Source: Clostridia bacterium
GTDB taxonomy: Bacteria; Bacillota; Clostridia; Oscillospirales; CAG-382
Direction of reading: 5' to 3'
Assembly: GCA_017561145.1 (NCBI GenBank)
Contig: JAFZDO010000008.1
Coordinates: 489 to 64,488, forward strand
Length of the DNA stretch: 64,000 nt
Below the pieces are notes generated by a model, which saw nothing but the letters and a program-made list of their open reading frames with translations, made no database searches and had not been told where the DNA came from. Below, piece after piece: positions 38,101-45,862 of this stretch. The position numbers were made by a program, and so were the translations under genes. Within the stretch, counting starts at the first letter, position 1; every line of letters starts with the position of its first letter.

Positions 38101-38426
38101 ACGATATCGACGTTGTCCGCGCAATGAGCAACGATTTTTCGACAGTCCCCGCAAAGCTCTCCAAGGGCTCGAAAAAGGAAGCGCCGAAGCTTTACACACG
38201 CGGCAAATCCAAGCGCCTATATACCGAGGAGGATTTCAACGAGCTTAAGCAAAGCCTTGGTGACGGATTGAAAAGCATTGCCTCCGACGTATTTTGCGGC
38301 AGAATGGATATAGCTCCTCTTAACCCCGAGGACGTCAAGGCAGAGCCTTGCAAATATTGCAAGCTTGGCGATCTCTGCCGAAACAAACAAACAGAAACGG
38401 AGGAGATCGACGATGCCGAAGACTGA
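35157..38426 (+). CDS. addB: ATP-dependent helicase/deoxyribonuclease subunit B
   Basis: 1089 aa. It has N-terminal GASGSGKT and a C-terminal RecB-type nuclease with Fe-S Cys ligands (CPFSFF ... CKYCKLGDLC). Confidence 0.92.
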   Translation: MLHRIIGASGSGKTKYMFDRLDEALKRGKQCYVIVPEQQSVSYESALCEKFGDGVNLLCEVLNFERLPNRVARDYGGLCVNTIDKGGACALLSLVSESLKDELTEYSAVATDSDFAISLYSLISRMKMALITPQMILEALKNGILEDDERIKKKLTDIALIYSEYEKRFNDELKDPRDALTRLAQELKNKPFFADTVVFIDNYYTFTEQEYEIIKQIIAQSKDVYISFTVDYNRSVFEENRKASERVLTLARNISDDFYTGESKRSKLESLKYIEKNIWESNVEPNNIDDGAIKLINAKNRFDEVEAAASEICTLVRQGYRYKDITVIASNASNYASLVDSVFARADIPVYTSAKEDLTAKPLFAFLLASISVVIEDFSLKSIKRYVKSGYTDLTVSESDALLSYARAWKLRGKAWYGDSEWTLDPEGYREGDLTARGARLLKKANAARDKIVPALSALRDTLTQKDLTVSVAMKALYSHLISLGADERLRKNAERYLKNGDREQSEREIQLWKILINIIDQLVDLAGDWVITPKRLQSLIKLMCDCVGLGAIPASADSVTFGDASLIRANGSKAVIVLGVCDGEFPAACRTGGFFNSDEAVSLEGIGLQLADTLDKQLNTNRFLVYAALSSPSERLVLLAPRSEISGGELRQSTAWLSLERMLPSVAKNAIEFNSDTAIYSRESVAANFPLLSESPLRDEIEKALADNSQPFFADTPLVCDKNSKIDFKEEMLHLSPSKFENYANCPFSFFGNYLLKLEEKKINEFSSSEIGNFVHKMLEMFLRECTSSGKFIPPSEAERKEIIERLSNDYLNFVLGPAAACDKQFMHTYKNMVKTVSFAAESLAKEFEKSDFTPSGFEYKIGLANEDIPAIEYDVNGKRVFLRGSIDRVDTYEADGKKYVRVVDYKTYDKDFVAEKVKYGLDTQLLHYIYAYCEKNGTIPAGVFYYGVTLPNINITGRETQEELQKEIAKTVKRSGILIDDIDVVRAMSNDFSTVPAKLSKGSKKEAPKLYTRGKSKRLYTEEDFNELKQSLGDGLKSIASDVFCGRMDIAPLNPEDVKAEPCKYCKLGDLCRNKQTETEEIDDAED

Positions 38427-41400
38427 TTTTACACCCAAGCAAAAGCAAGCCATCAACACTCGTAACAAGGATCTCCTTGTCAGCGCAGGCGCGGGAAGCG
38501 GTAAAACCACCGTGCTCACTCGTCGCCTTATCGAGCGCATAAAATCGGGCGATTCGGTTGAAAATTTCCTTGTCGTAACGTTTATGAAGGCGGCGGCGGC
38601 AGACGTTAAAACCAAGCTTTACAATTCGTTGCTCAAGGAGTATTCCGAAGACCCCGACAATAACCACCTTTTCCGTCAGTCCTTGCTCGTTTCCGAGGCG
38701 AATATATGTACCATCTCATCCTATTGCCTTAATCTTGTAAAGGAAAATTTTGCATTGCTCGGAATATCGCCGCACGTGCGCGTAATGGACGAGGTCGAGG
38801 AAGCAATGCTTTTGCGCAAGGTGACCGAGGACCTTATAGCAAAGGGCTATGAAAGCGAAAATTCGTCCTTTTTGACCCTTGCCGATAACTTTACGGGTGA
38901 CAAGAGTGACGATTCGTTTGCGGAAACGATGATAAAGCTCTTCAATACGCTTCGCGTTACCTTGAACAGAGAAGAAACTCTGCTTGCCTGCGCGGACGAA
39001 TTGGACGCCGAAGCCGAGATAATTGCAAAGCAAGGTCTGTTTGCATCGACCGTAGGAAAAGAGATCCAAAACCGACTCCGTATTTTCTACGATGAATTTA
39101 TCGAGGATGCAAACGATATCTATGCCTATGCCGCAACAGTTGCATTCGACGATGCATATCTTGTGCCTTTAGAAAAAATGGTCAGCGCATTCGAAAGCGT
39201 TCGCCTTGCTCTCGAAAAAGATTATGTAAACTATTCAGACTTGGCGGAGAGCTCGTTTGGCATATCGCTTGCGACAAAGGGCTGCGACAAGCCCTTTAGC
39301 GAAAGCGTTAAGGAAAGAAAAGCCGAGCTTATGAAACGGCACACAAAGGTCGTTGAACGGTATGTTCGCGGCAACGACGAATATAATGCCGAAAGCTTTA
39401 AGAAATGCGCATGCCTAGTTCGTAAGATCAATGAATTTCTAAACGATATCGAAAGGGAATACAGCGCGGCTAAAGACGAAAACGGTGTGCTCGACTATAC
39501 CGATTTCGAAAAGAAAGCGCTTGAATTGCTTGAGGTTCAGGACGAAAACGGTGTTTATCATCCGACCGAGCTTTGTCTTAAAACACAAAGCAAATTCAAG
39601 GAGATTCTTATCGACGAATATCAGGACGTCAACCCGATGCAGGATAGGATATTCAGACTGATTTCGGGCGGCGGCCACCGTTTTATGGTAGGCGACGTAA
39701 AGCAAAGTATTTACAGATTCCGAAACGCGTACCCCGATATCTTCCTGAATTACAAGGATGAATTTGCCGATATCGACGATTCGTCCGATACGAAAAACGC
39801 CTGCATCTTCCTTCGCGAAAACTTCAGATGCAGTGAATCTGTAATTGATTATGTAAACTACCTCTTTAAGTCTGTCACAGAGGGTACGCAATACTATCGC
39901 GAATACGACGGAGAATGGCTAAAGCACGCCTCCCTCCGTCCCGACCGAAAGCATCCCGTTGTTATAGCCGTTTCCGAAAAGGAAAAGGGAAATGCGAATG
40001 AGGCGCGTAAGGCAGAGGCTGAATTTATAGCGCGTGAAATCCTGCGCCTTAAAAACGAGGAGTGCGATTCCGAGGGTAACGCCTACAAATTCTCTGATTT
40101 CGCAGTAATGCTCGGCGCAATGAAGGGTTATTCGATAGAATACGAAAAGGCATTCAACAAATTCGGTATACCTTACAAGACCGAAACGACCGAAAGCTTC
40201 CTCGAAAACCCCGATATAAGGCTTGCCGTTTCGGCATTGAGAGCTATCGACGACCCGACCGACGATATATCGCTTTGCTCGTTGATGCGCAGTCCTATCT
40301 GTAATTTCGATTCGAACGAGCTTTATAAGATCCGATACCGTCAAAAGGACGTTGCGTTCTGGTTTGCCGTAAACGCAATGGCAAAGCCGAACGTCTTGCG
40401 TACCGTCAACAAAAAATATTCATTTAAACAGAAAAACGGCAAAAGATCGCTCGTAACAAAGTGCCGTGAATTTATAAAAAGGCTTACCGATTGGCGAATC
40501 GCAGGTACGGGTGTTTCCTGCTGTGAATTTTTAAAGAGCTTTTATATTTCATCGGGCTTGCTTCGCATAGCCTCGACTACCGGCAACAAGAAGAGCCTTT
40601 TGTTGCTTTTCGATTATGCAAGCCGTTTCGAAAGCACGAAAAACGTCGGTCTTTCAAGCTTTTTGGATTATTTGGACGAGCTTTCGTCGAACGACCGCGA
40701 AATTTCCGATGCAGCGCGTTCGGGCGATGAAGATGCTATCTCCTTTATCACCGTACATAAATCAAAGGGACTTGAGTTTAACGTCTGCTTTCTTGCGGGA
40801 ACGCAAAAGCGCTTCCGCGGCAACGGAAAGAGTGACAGGATAACCGTTTCGCGCGGGAAGGGAATAAGCTTCACCCTGCGCGACCGCGAAAGCTTTACAA
40901 CCTTCGATCCGCTCTGCAATATCAACGCCGTCGATAACGAGCGCGATCTTGCACTCGGCGAAGAGCTCCGCAAGCTCTACGTTGCGCTTACCCGTGCAAA
41001 GGAGCGTCTTTATATCACCGGCAGTGCCGAGAGCGGTTGGCTTGATAAGCGTTATACAAAAACCTCGCTTAACAGCTGGCTCGATATGGTTCTGTATTCT
41101 GCGATAGGCAGAGAGGATAAGGAATTTTTCACTCTGCGCACTATCGATGAGCACGACGGTATAGAGGGCTACCGCGCCGAAAAGACGGTGAAGAAATTGA
41201 CACCGACGCGTGAAATGATAGATATCGTCAATTTCCGCTATCCCTACGAAAAAGCGGTTGCCACCGCGAAAAAGATATCGGTATCCGAGCTTCGCGAGGG
41301 GCTTCTCGAGGATGACGAATACGACCGCAGTCTGATTTCGGTGCCTTATTCCCGCGTTGCGATGCGCCCCGCCTTTATCGAAAGACAAAAGGGAAGCTCT

Positions 41401-41880
41401 GCGGATATCGGAACCGCAAACCACCAATTTATGCAGTTCTGCAATTTCGAAAGCATCGACAAAAACGGTGTCGAGCTTGAGGCAAAACGCCTTCTCGATA
41501 TAAAAATGATTTCGGAATATCAATATGAAATGCTCGATTTCAAAGCGTTGAACAGCTTTTTCGAAAGCGATCTGTACCGCAGAATGACAGAATCGAAAAA
41601 GCTCTATCGCGAAAAACGCTTTTCGGTAAGCGACGTTCTTGAAAACGGCGGCGAAAGCGTTCTCGTGCAGGGTGTTATCGACTGCTTCTTTGAAAACCCC
41701 GACGGAAGCTATACCGTCGTCGATTACAAGACCGACCGCGTCCGCACGGGCGAGGAGCTTGCAGAACGACATAAGGTGCAGATATCCTATTACCGCCGTG
41801 CGGTAGAGCGTATGACGGGCAAGAAGGTAAGCAGGTGCATACTTTATTCCTTTGCTTTAAACAGTGAGGTTGAGGTATGA
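38413..41880 (+). CDS. addA: ATP-dependent helicase/nuclease subunit A
   Basis: The ATG at 38413 overlaps the addB 3' end. UvrD-type motifs are present (AGAGSGKTTVL, DEYQDVN, VGDVKQSIYRFR), plus a C-terminal nuclease (GVIDCFF..VVDYKTD). Confidence 0.94.
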   Translation: MPKTDFTPKQKQAINTRNKDLLVSAGAGSGKTTVLTRRLIERIKSGDSVENFLVVTFMKAAAADVKTKLYNSLLKEYSEDPDNNHLFRQSLLVSEANICTISSYCLNLVKENFALLGISPHVRVMDEVEEAMLLRKVTEDLIAKGYESENSSFLTLADNFTGDKSDDSFAETMIKLFNTLRVTLNREETLLACADELDAEAEIIAKQGLFASTVGKEIQNRLRIFYDEFIEDANDIYAYAATVAFDDAYLVPLEKMVSAFESVRLALEKDYVNYSDLAESSFGISLATKGCDKPFSESVKERKAELMKRHTKVVERYVRGNDEYNAESFKKCACLVRKINEFLNDIEREYSAAKDENGVLDYTDFEKKALELLEVQDENGVYHPTELCLKTQSKFKEILIDEYQDVNPMQDRIFRLISGGGHRFMVGDVKQSIYRFRNAYPDIFLNYKDEFADIDDSSDTKNACIFLRENFRCSESVIDYVNYLFKSVTEGTQYYREYDGEWLKHASLRPDRKHPVVIAVSEKEKGNANEARKAEAEFIAREILRLKNEECDSEGNAYKFSDFAVMLGAMKGYSIEYEKAFNKFGIPYKTETTESFLENPDIRLAVSALRAIDDPTDDISLCSLMRSPICNFDSNELYKIRYRQKDVAFWFAVNAMAKPNVLRTVNKKYSFKQKNGKRSLVTKCREFIKRLTDWRIAGTGVSCCEFLKSFYISSGLLRIASTTGNKKSLLLLFDYASRFESTKNVGLSSFLDYLDELSSNDREISDAARSGDEDAISFITVHKSKGLEFNVCFLAGTQKRFRGNGKSDRITVSRGKGISFTLRDRESFTTFDPLCNINAVDNERDLALGEELRKLYVALTRAKERLYITGSAESGWLDKRYTKTSLNSWLDMVLYSAIGREDKEFFTLRTIDEHDGIEGYRAEKTVKKLTPTREMIDIVNFRYPYEKAVATAKKISVSELREGLLEDDEYDRSLISVPYSRVAMRPAFIERQKGSSADIGTANHQFMQFCNFESIDKNGVELEAKRLLDIKMISEYQYEMLDFKALNSFFESDLYRRMTESKKLYREKRFSVSDVLENGGESVLVQGVIDCFFENPDGSYTVVDYKTDRVRTGEELAERHKVQISYYRRAVERMTGKKVSRCILYSFALNSEVEV

Positions 41881-42281
41881 TACGCTTGAAATCCTTTTAT
41901 CCGATCACGGTAAAGCTTTTGCAGGATAACAAAAAGCTCGTGCTCGACGTTTTTAAAAAGCTAAGACCCCATAAGGGCGGATTTATCACCGTTTGTGAAT
42001 TAAAGGGATGCTTTTCGTGGGAAAACGTAGGCGAAACCTTTGATTCTCTTGAAATCGGAGAAGCCCTTTGGGCGGTCAAAAACGAATCTGCAAAATCGGC
42101 GCAACCGCTTGACGTTATCAGAAACGACGGGACTCTTCTCGGCTTCATACCGTATAGCGAATCGGTCCTGCCGAATATGCTCATAAAGCGCGGAGTTAAG
42201 GTCATTTGCTACGTCGAGGCAAAGGAATTCCACGGCGGCATGCCTGCAGTCGCAATATCAGTCTACTCCGAGGATTATTAA
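41877..42281 (+). CDS. Small protein translationally coupled to addA, HIRAN-like C-terminal domain (tentative)
   Basis: 134 aa. ATGA overlap with the addA stop, with GAGGTTGAGG upstream. The pattern LEIGEALWAVKNE..PLDVIRNDGTLLGFIPYSESVLPNMLIKRGVKVICYV resembles the HIRAN spacing. Confidence 0.55.
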   Translation: MIRLKSFYPITVKLLQDNKKLVLDVFKKLRPHKGGFITVCELKGCFSWENVGETFDSLEIGEALWAVKNESAKSAQPLDVIRNDGTLLGFIPYSESVLPNMLIKRGVKVICYVEAKEFHGGMPAVAISVYSEDY

Positions 42282-42291
42282 TAAAAAAAGA

Positions 42292-42325
42292 AATGTCAAC
42301 CTTTGGTCTTTCCGAGGTTGACATT
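42292..42325. promoter_or_regulatory. BirA operator (bioO), also able to fold as the terminator hairpin of the addBA transcript
   Basis: AATGTCAACC-N14-GGTTGACATT is a perfect 10-bp inverted repeat. It matches the TGTnAACC-N14/15-GGTTnACA BirA site architecture. The right arm contains the bioY -35. Confidence 0.75.
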
Positions 42326-42346
42326 TTGTCTTTGTTATGTTATATT
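42318..42346 (+). promoter_or_regulatory. sigma-A type promoter, TTGACA-17-TATATT, for bioY
   Basis: TTGACAttttgtctttgttatgtTATATT. Confidence 0.65.
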
Positions 42347-42368
42347 TTTTCAGAAGGGAAGTGATACC

Positions 42369-42911
42369 GTGAAAAATCGCCAAAGGATAAGAAGCATAAC
42401 CTTGACCGCGCTCGGCACGGTCTTGCTTGCTATCTGCTCGTGGATATCGATATTCGGGGTCACGTTGCAAACCTTTGCCGTGTTTTTTATGATATATCTC
42501 TTCGGCGCAAGGCGCGCAACGGTCACGATTGCCGTCTATCTTGCAATGGGCGCGTTGGGCTTGCCCGTATTTTCGGGCTTCGGCGGCGGTATCGGTTGGC
42601 TTTTAGGTCCGACGGGCGGATTCCTTTTGTGCTTTGTGCTTGTCGGCGTGTTGCATATCCTTGCCGAGGTAATTTTTAAAACAAGCGTAAAGCGTTGGTT
42701 CATATTGCTGCCGCTTTCGGCAGTAAGCCTTTTGTGCTGCTATCTTTGCGGTGCCTGCTCGATGTATTTTTACTATTTAAAAACCGGCTCAAGCAATTCC
42801 TTTTTCGGAGTTTTTATTTCTCTTATAGCGCTCTATACGCTTTTTGATGCCGCTAAAATAATATTCGCCTACTATCTGGCAAAATATTTCAAGCGCATTA
42901 TGCCAATTTAA
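42369..42911 (+). CDS. bioY: Biotin transporter S-component BioY
   Basis: The GTG at 42369 follows GAAGGGAAG; the earlier part of the ORF overlaps the promoter. The protein has 6 TMs and the BioY-like GALGLPVFSGFGGGIGWLLGPTGGFL. Confidence 0.85.
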   Translation: MKNRQRIRSITLTALGTVLLAICSWISIFGVTLQTFAVFFMIYLFGARRATVTIAVYLAMGALGLPVFSGFGGGIGWLLGPTGGFLLCFVLVGVLHILAEVIFKTSVKRWFILLPLSAVSLLCCYLCGACSMYFYYLKTGSSNSFFGVFISLIALYTLFDAAKIIFAYYLAKYFKRIMPI

Positions 42912-43851
42912 CGCTTATCTCGCCGCTGTTAAGGATCATTCTTTCACCCGAATCGAGAATTACCTCCAATTCGCCGTTGTCGTTAATTGCATCCGCCAAT
43001 GCGTTGTAATCTCTTCCGTTGCGGTTGAAAGTGACGGTTTTTCCGAGCACGAGCGAATATTCGCGGTATTTGTCCATAAATTGCTTTTCGGGCAGAGTGT
43101 CGCAAAGCGCCGTTAAGCGCGAATAAATATCCGCAACCAAAGCACATCTGTCCAATTTCATACCGACCGATGCGGCAATACTCTTTAATTCCTCGGGAAA
43201 AATTTCGGTCGTAAGATTTATGCCGATTCCGACAATTATCGCGTCGATTTTTCCGCTTTCAAAGTCTGATATCGCCTCGGTAAGAATACCGCAGACCTTA
43301 AAATTGTCGATAAATATATCATTCACCCACTTTATCAAGGGGTGTTTTTTTGTTGTCGCCTCGAGCGCTTGGCAAACCGCAACCGCGGCGGCAGACGTAA
43401 TGGCGGTCGAATCGGCAAGCGATACCTCGGGATGCAAAACACAGGAAAAATATATCCCGTCCTCCTTCGGCGAATAAAAGCTTCTGCCGCGTCTTCCGCG
43501 ACCTGCGGTCTGCTCGTTTGCAACGAACAGCGCGTTATTCGTCAAACCGTTTGCAATAGCTCTCTTTGCCTCTGTATTGGTCGAATCGATCGTTTGGAAG
43601 ATCCTTATATCGATATCGTTATCGTTCAAATGAGCGCGTACAGCGCCTTCTGAGAGCAGGCTTGGCGATGAATTGAGTCTGTGACCGAGATTGTTGACCG
43701 ATGTGATGTCAAATCCCTCGTCCTTGAGCGAATTTATGCACTTTGCAACCGCACTGCGCGAAACGTTTTCGCCTTTTGCGATCTCCTGTCCCGAAACAAA
43801 TTCTCCGCGATTCGAAACAAGCCTATATATAATTTTATCGCGCAAGGTCAT
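42898..43851 (-). CDS. birA: Bifunctional biotin-[acetyl-CoA-carboxylase] ligase / biotin operon repressor
   Basis: ATG at 43851. It has an N-terminal winged HTH (GEFVSGQEIAKGENVSRSAVAKCINSLK), the GRGRRGRSF ligase motif and KWVNDI. Confidence 0.92.
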   Translation of the reverse strand: MTLRDKIIYRLVSNRGEFVSGQEIAKGENVSRSAVAKCINSLKDEGFDITSVNNLGHRLNSSPSLLSEGAVRAHLNDNDIDIRIFQTIDSTNTEAKRAIANGLTNNALFVANEQTAGRGRRGRSFYSPKEDGIYFSCVLHPEVSLADSTAITSAAAVAVCQALEATTKKHPLIKWVNDIFIDNFKVCGILTEAISDFESGKIDAIIVGIGINLTTEIFPEELKSIAASVGMKLDRCALVADIYSRLTALCDTLPEKQFMDKYREYSLVLGKTVTFNRNGRDYNALADAINDNGELEVILDSGERMILNSGEISVKLA

Positions 43852-43887
43852 GATCTTTTCATCCTTTCGTTGACCCACCAAAAGCAA

Positions 43888-43906
43888 AAGCCCGTGGAAC
43901 GGGCTT
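43888..43906. terminator. Short hairpin between the acidic membrane protein gene and birA
   Basis: AAGCCCG tggaa CGGGCTT with T-rich flanks on both strands. It overlaps the stop codon at 43905..43907. Confidence 0.45.
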
Positions 43907-44696
43907 ATTTTTCGTGACGGGAAATATCTTCTGCAACACGCATTCTCGAATCGGCTTGATCGTTTTGAGATTCATCGCCGTTGATATTGCGTTCGTCAAA
44001 GCTTATATCGCTGATAAAATCCTTTTGAGAAACGTATTCGAAATTCTTAACGAAGATCTCGCTTACGGAGGAAGCGATAAACTCCTCCTTCACAGATTCA
44101 TCCAAGCTGATCTCGGAATCTTCTTCGCTGATTTCGGCCATCTCGTCGGAAACCGAATCCGATTCATCGGTCACTGCTTCGGACAATTCCTCATCAATGC
44201 TGATATCTGAGCTTTCTTCATCCGAGGAGAGTGCCGATTCGTCAACGATTATCTCCTGATTTTGCGATTTAAGATATTTTTTGTATTTTGTTTCTGTTAC
44301 GTACGCCAATTTAATTCTGTAGGTACCGTTTTGCATACCCGCAACCTTTTCCTCGGGGATCGTAATCTGCCAGTCCTCGCCCGGCTCGAGCTCCGCAAAG
44401 GTTCCTGAGTATTGTTGGGATACTGCGTTGGCGTTTCCACGTGTATAATACACGTCGCAATATTCTACCCAACCGTCATTGCTTAAATATTCGATCTTGC
44501 CGGTCATTTCATCGTTTTCGTGGAAAAGTAATACTGTGCCGGCTGTATTTTTAACCGAAATGGTAACCTCGTTGCTACCTTCCTCGGCATCGCTTACAAT
44601 GTCGACCGAAATGTCCTGACTTTGCCATAAAAGAACCTGAACCGCCAAAACGGTAAAGAGGATCATAAATACAAAAGCCAAAACAAGCATAGTCAA
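43905..44696 (-). CDS. Single-pass membrane-anchored protein with Ig-like middle segment and highly acidic Ser/Glu/Asp-rich C-terminal half, function unknown
   Basis: 263 aa. It has an N-terminal TM (LVLAFVFMILFTVLAVQVLLW). The start is TTG at 44696 or ATG at 44690. I recognise no family motif. Confidence 0.55.
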   Translation of the reverse strand: MTMLVLAFVFMILFTVLAVQVLLWQSQDISVDIVSDAEEGSNEVTISVKNTAGTVLLFHENDEMTGKIEYLSNDGWVEYCDVYYTRGNANAVSQQYSGTFAELEPGEDWQITIPEEKVAGMQNGTYRIKLAYVTETKYKKYLKSQNQEIIVDESALSSDEESSDISIDEELSEAVTDESDSVSDEMAEISEEDSEISLDESVKEEFIASSVSEIFVKNFEYVSQKDFISDISFDERNINGDESQNDQADSRMRVAEDISRHEK

Positions 44697-44789
44697 AACG
44701 GCTGATTTTTTACGTTCTATGCCAAATCACCTCAATATAAATATAACACAAAAAATATATTTGTAAATGGAACTTTTTAACAAAAAATC

Positions 44790-44816
44790 ACCTTTTATCG
44801 ATTGCTGCATAGAATA
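44790..44816 (+). promoter_or_regulatory. Candidate mother-cell sigma-K-type promoter
   Basis: tCACc, 16 nt, then CATAgaaTA. This fits the B. subtilis sigma-K consensus as I recall it (AC, about 16-17 nt, CATAnnnTA). It lies about 55 nt upstream of the ATG at 44871. Confidence 0.35.
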
Positions 44817-44870
44817 GTATTGATAATATCAAACAAAAAGATATTATCTAAACACCGAGGAGGAATTTTA

Positions 44871-45740
44871 ATGAACGAAAGAACAGGTCCGCTCGGCGGA
44901 CTTTGCGGAAACGGAAAAGAGCAGCTTTGCTGTATCAGCGTTGATAAGGTTTTCGATTCCGCACGCGATAAGGACTGTCTGGAGGACGTGCGCGTACACC
45001 TGTGCGACTGCGGACAGGAGATCATTGACAAGGCAAGCGCTGTAAGATGCAAATCCGTCGAGATCATCAATACCAACATCCACATTGAGCCCGTCCCCTT
45101 TAATAAGGGCTTTTATCAGGTAACGGTCCGCTATTATTTCTGCGTAACGCTCGAGGCTTGTCTTTGCGGCGGCAGAGTACAGGAAGTAAAAGGCTTGTGC
45201 GCTTTTGATAAAAAAATTATTCTTTACGGCAGCGAAAAGAACGTTTCGGTATTTACGTCCGATCCCGAAAACAACAGCTTTTGCTTTGACGAGCGCGATC
45301 TGCGTTGCGACAGCGAGCCTACTCTTCCCACCGTTGTGGTCGAGGTTGCATCGCCTATCTGCCTTGACAGCAAGCTCGTTGAAAGATGCAAGCCGTTTGG
45401 TCATTGCTGTATGTGCATCGACGCCATTCCCGACCGCATCCGCTCGCGCTTCGACGGCGATTTCGTAGACGGTGTCGGCTCGAATAACGTATATGTCACT
45501 ATCGGCGTATTTTCGGTCATCAGAATGGAACGTAAAGTTCAGCTCATGCTTCCCGCGTGCCACTTCTGTCTGCCCGAAAAGGATTCAAAGCCCTGCAACA
45601 GCGACGATCCCTGCTCGATCTTCGGCAAAATGCAGTTCCCGTTGGGCGAATTTTATCCCTATGCCGACGAGTATCGAGGCAACGGCGACCGTTGCGTTCA
45701 CGGAAACAAGAGCGGCAGCTGCGATAAGTGCGGCAAATAA
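44871..45740 (+). CDS. Cysteine-rich protein (25 Cys in 289 aa), function unknown
   Basis: The ATG at 44871 lies 7 nt after GAGGAGG. There is no signal peptide. Cys occur in CC, CxC, CCxC and CxxC clusters. The gene has its own terminator downstream. Confidence 0.7.
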   Translation: MNERTGPLGGLCGNGKEQLCCISVDKVFDSARDKDCLEDVRVHLCDCGQEIIDKASAVRCKSVEIINTNIHIEPVPFNKGFYQVTVRYYFCVTLEACLCGGRVQEVKGLCAFDKKIILYGSEKNVSVFTSDPENNSFCFDERDLRCDSEPTLPTVVVEVASPICLDSKLVERCKPFGHCCMCIDAIPDRIRSRFDGDFVDGVGSNNVYVTIGVFSVIRMERKVQLMLPACHFCLPEKDSKPCNSDDPCSIFGKMQFPLGEFYPYADEYRGNGDRCVHGNKSGSCDKCGK

Positions 45741-45763
45741 CGCTGTTTTTTCCAAACTTACTC

Positions 45764-45795
45764 AATGCCACAATTTCGGTTGTGGCATTTTTTTG
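45764..45795 (+). terminator. Intrinsic terminator after the Cys-rich gene
   Basis: AATGCCACAA tttcgg TTGTGGCATT followed by TTTTT. Confidence 0.8.
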
Positions 45796-45802
45796 TTTTC
45801 CC

Positions 45803-45831
45803 TTGAAATTACGCAACGAATATGTTATCAT
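45803..45831 (+). promoter_or_regulatory. Possible promoter for paralog 1 (TTGAAA-17-TATCAT)
   Basis: Spacing counted by hand. An overlapping AC-16-CATAtcaTT gives a weaker sigma-K-like alternative. Confidence 0.4.
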
Positions 45832-45862
45832 ATCATTGCACTAAACCATCAAGGAGAAAATT

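Noticed and set aside
42292-42325. Considered the palindrome as merely a Rho-independent terminator
   Set aside because: I did not fully reject this, since it can fold as one. The exact TGTCAACC-N14-GGTTGACA half-sites, the overlap with the bioY -35, and the neighbouring HTH-containing birA make the BirA operator reading primary.
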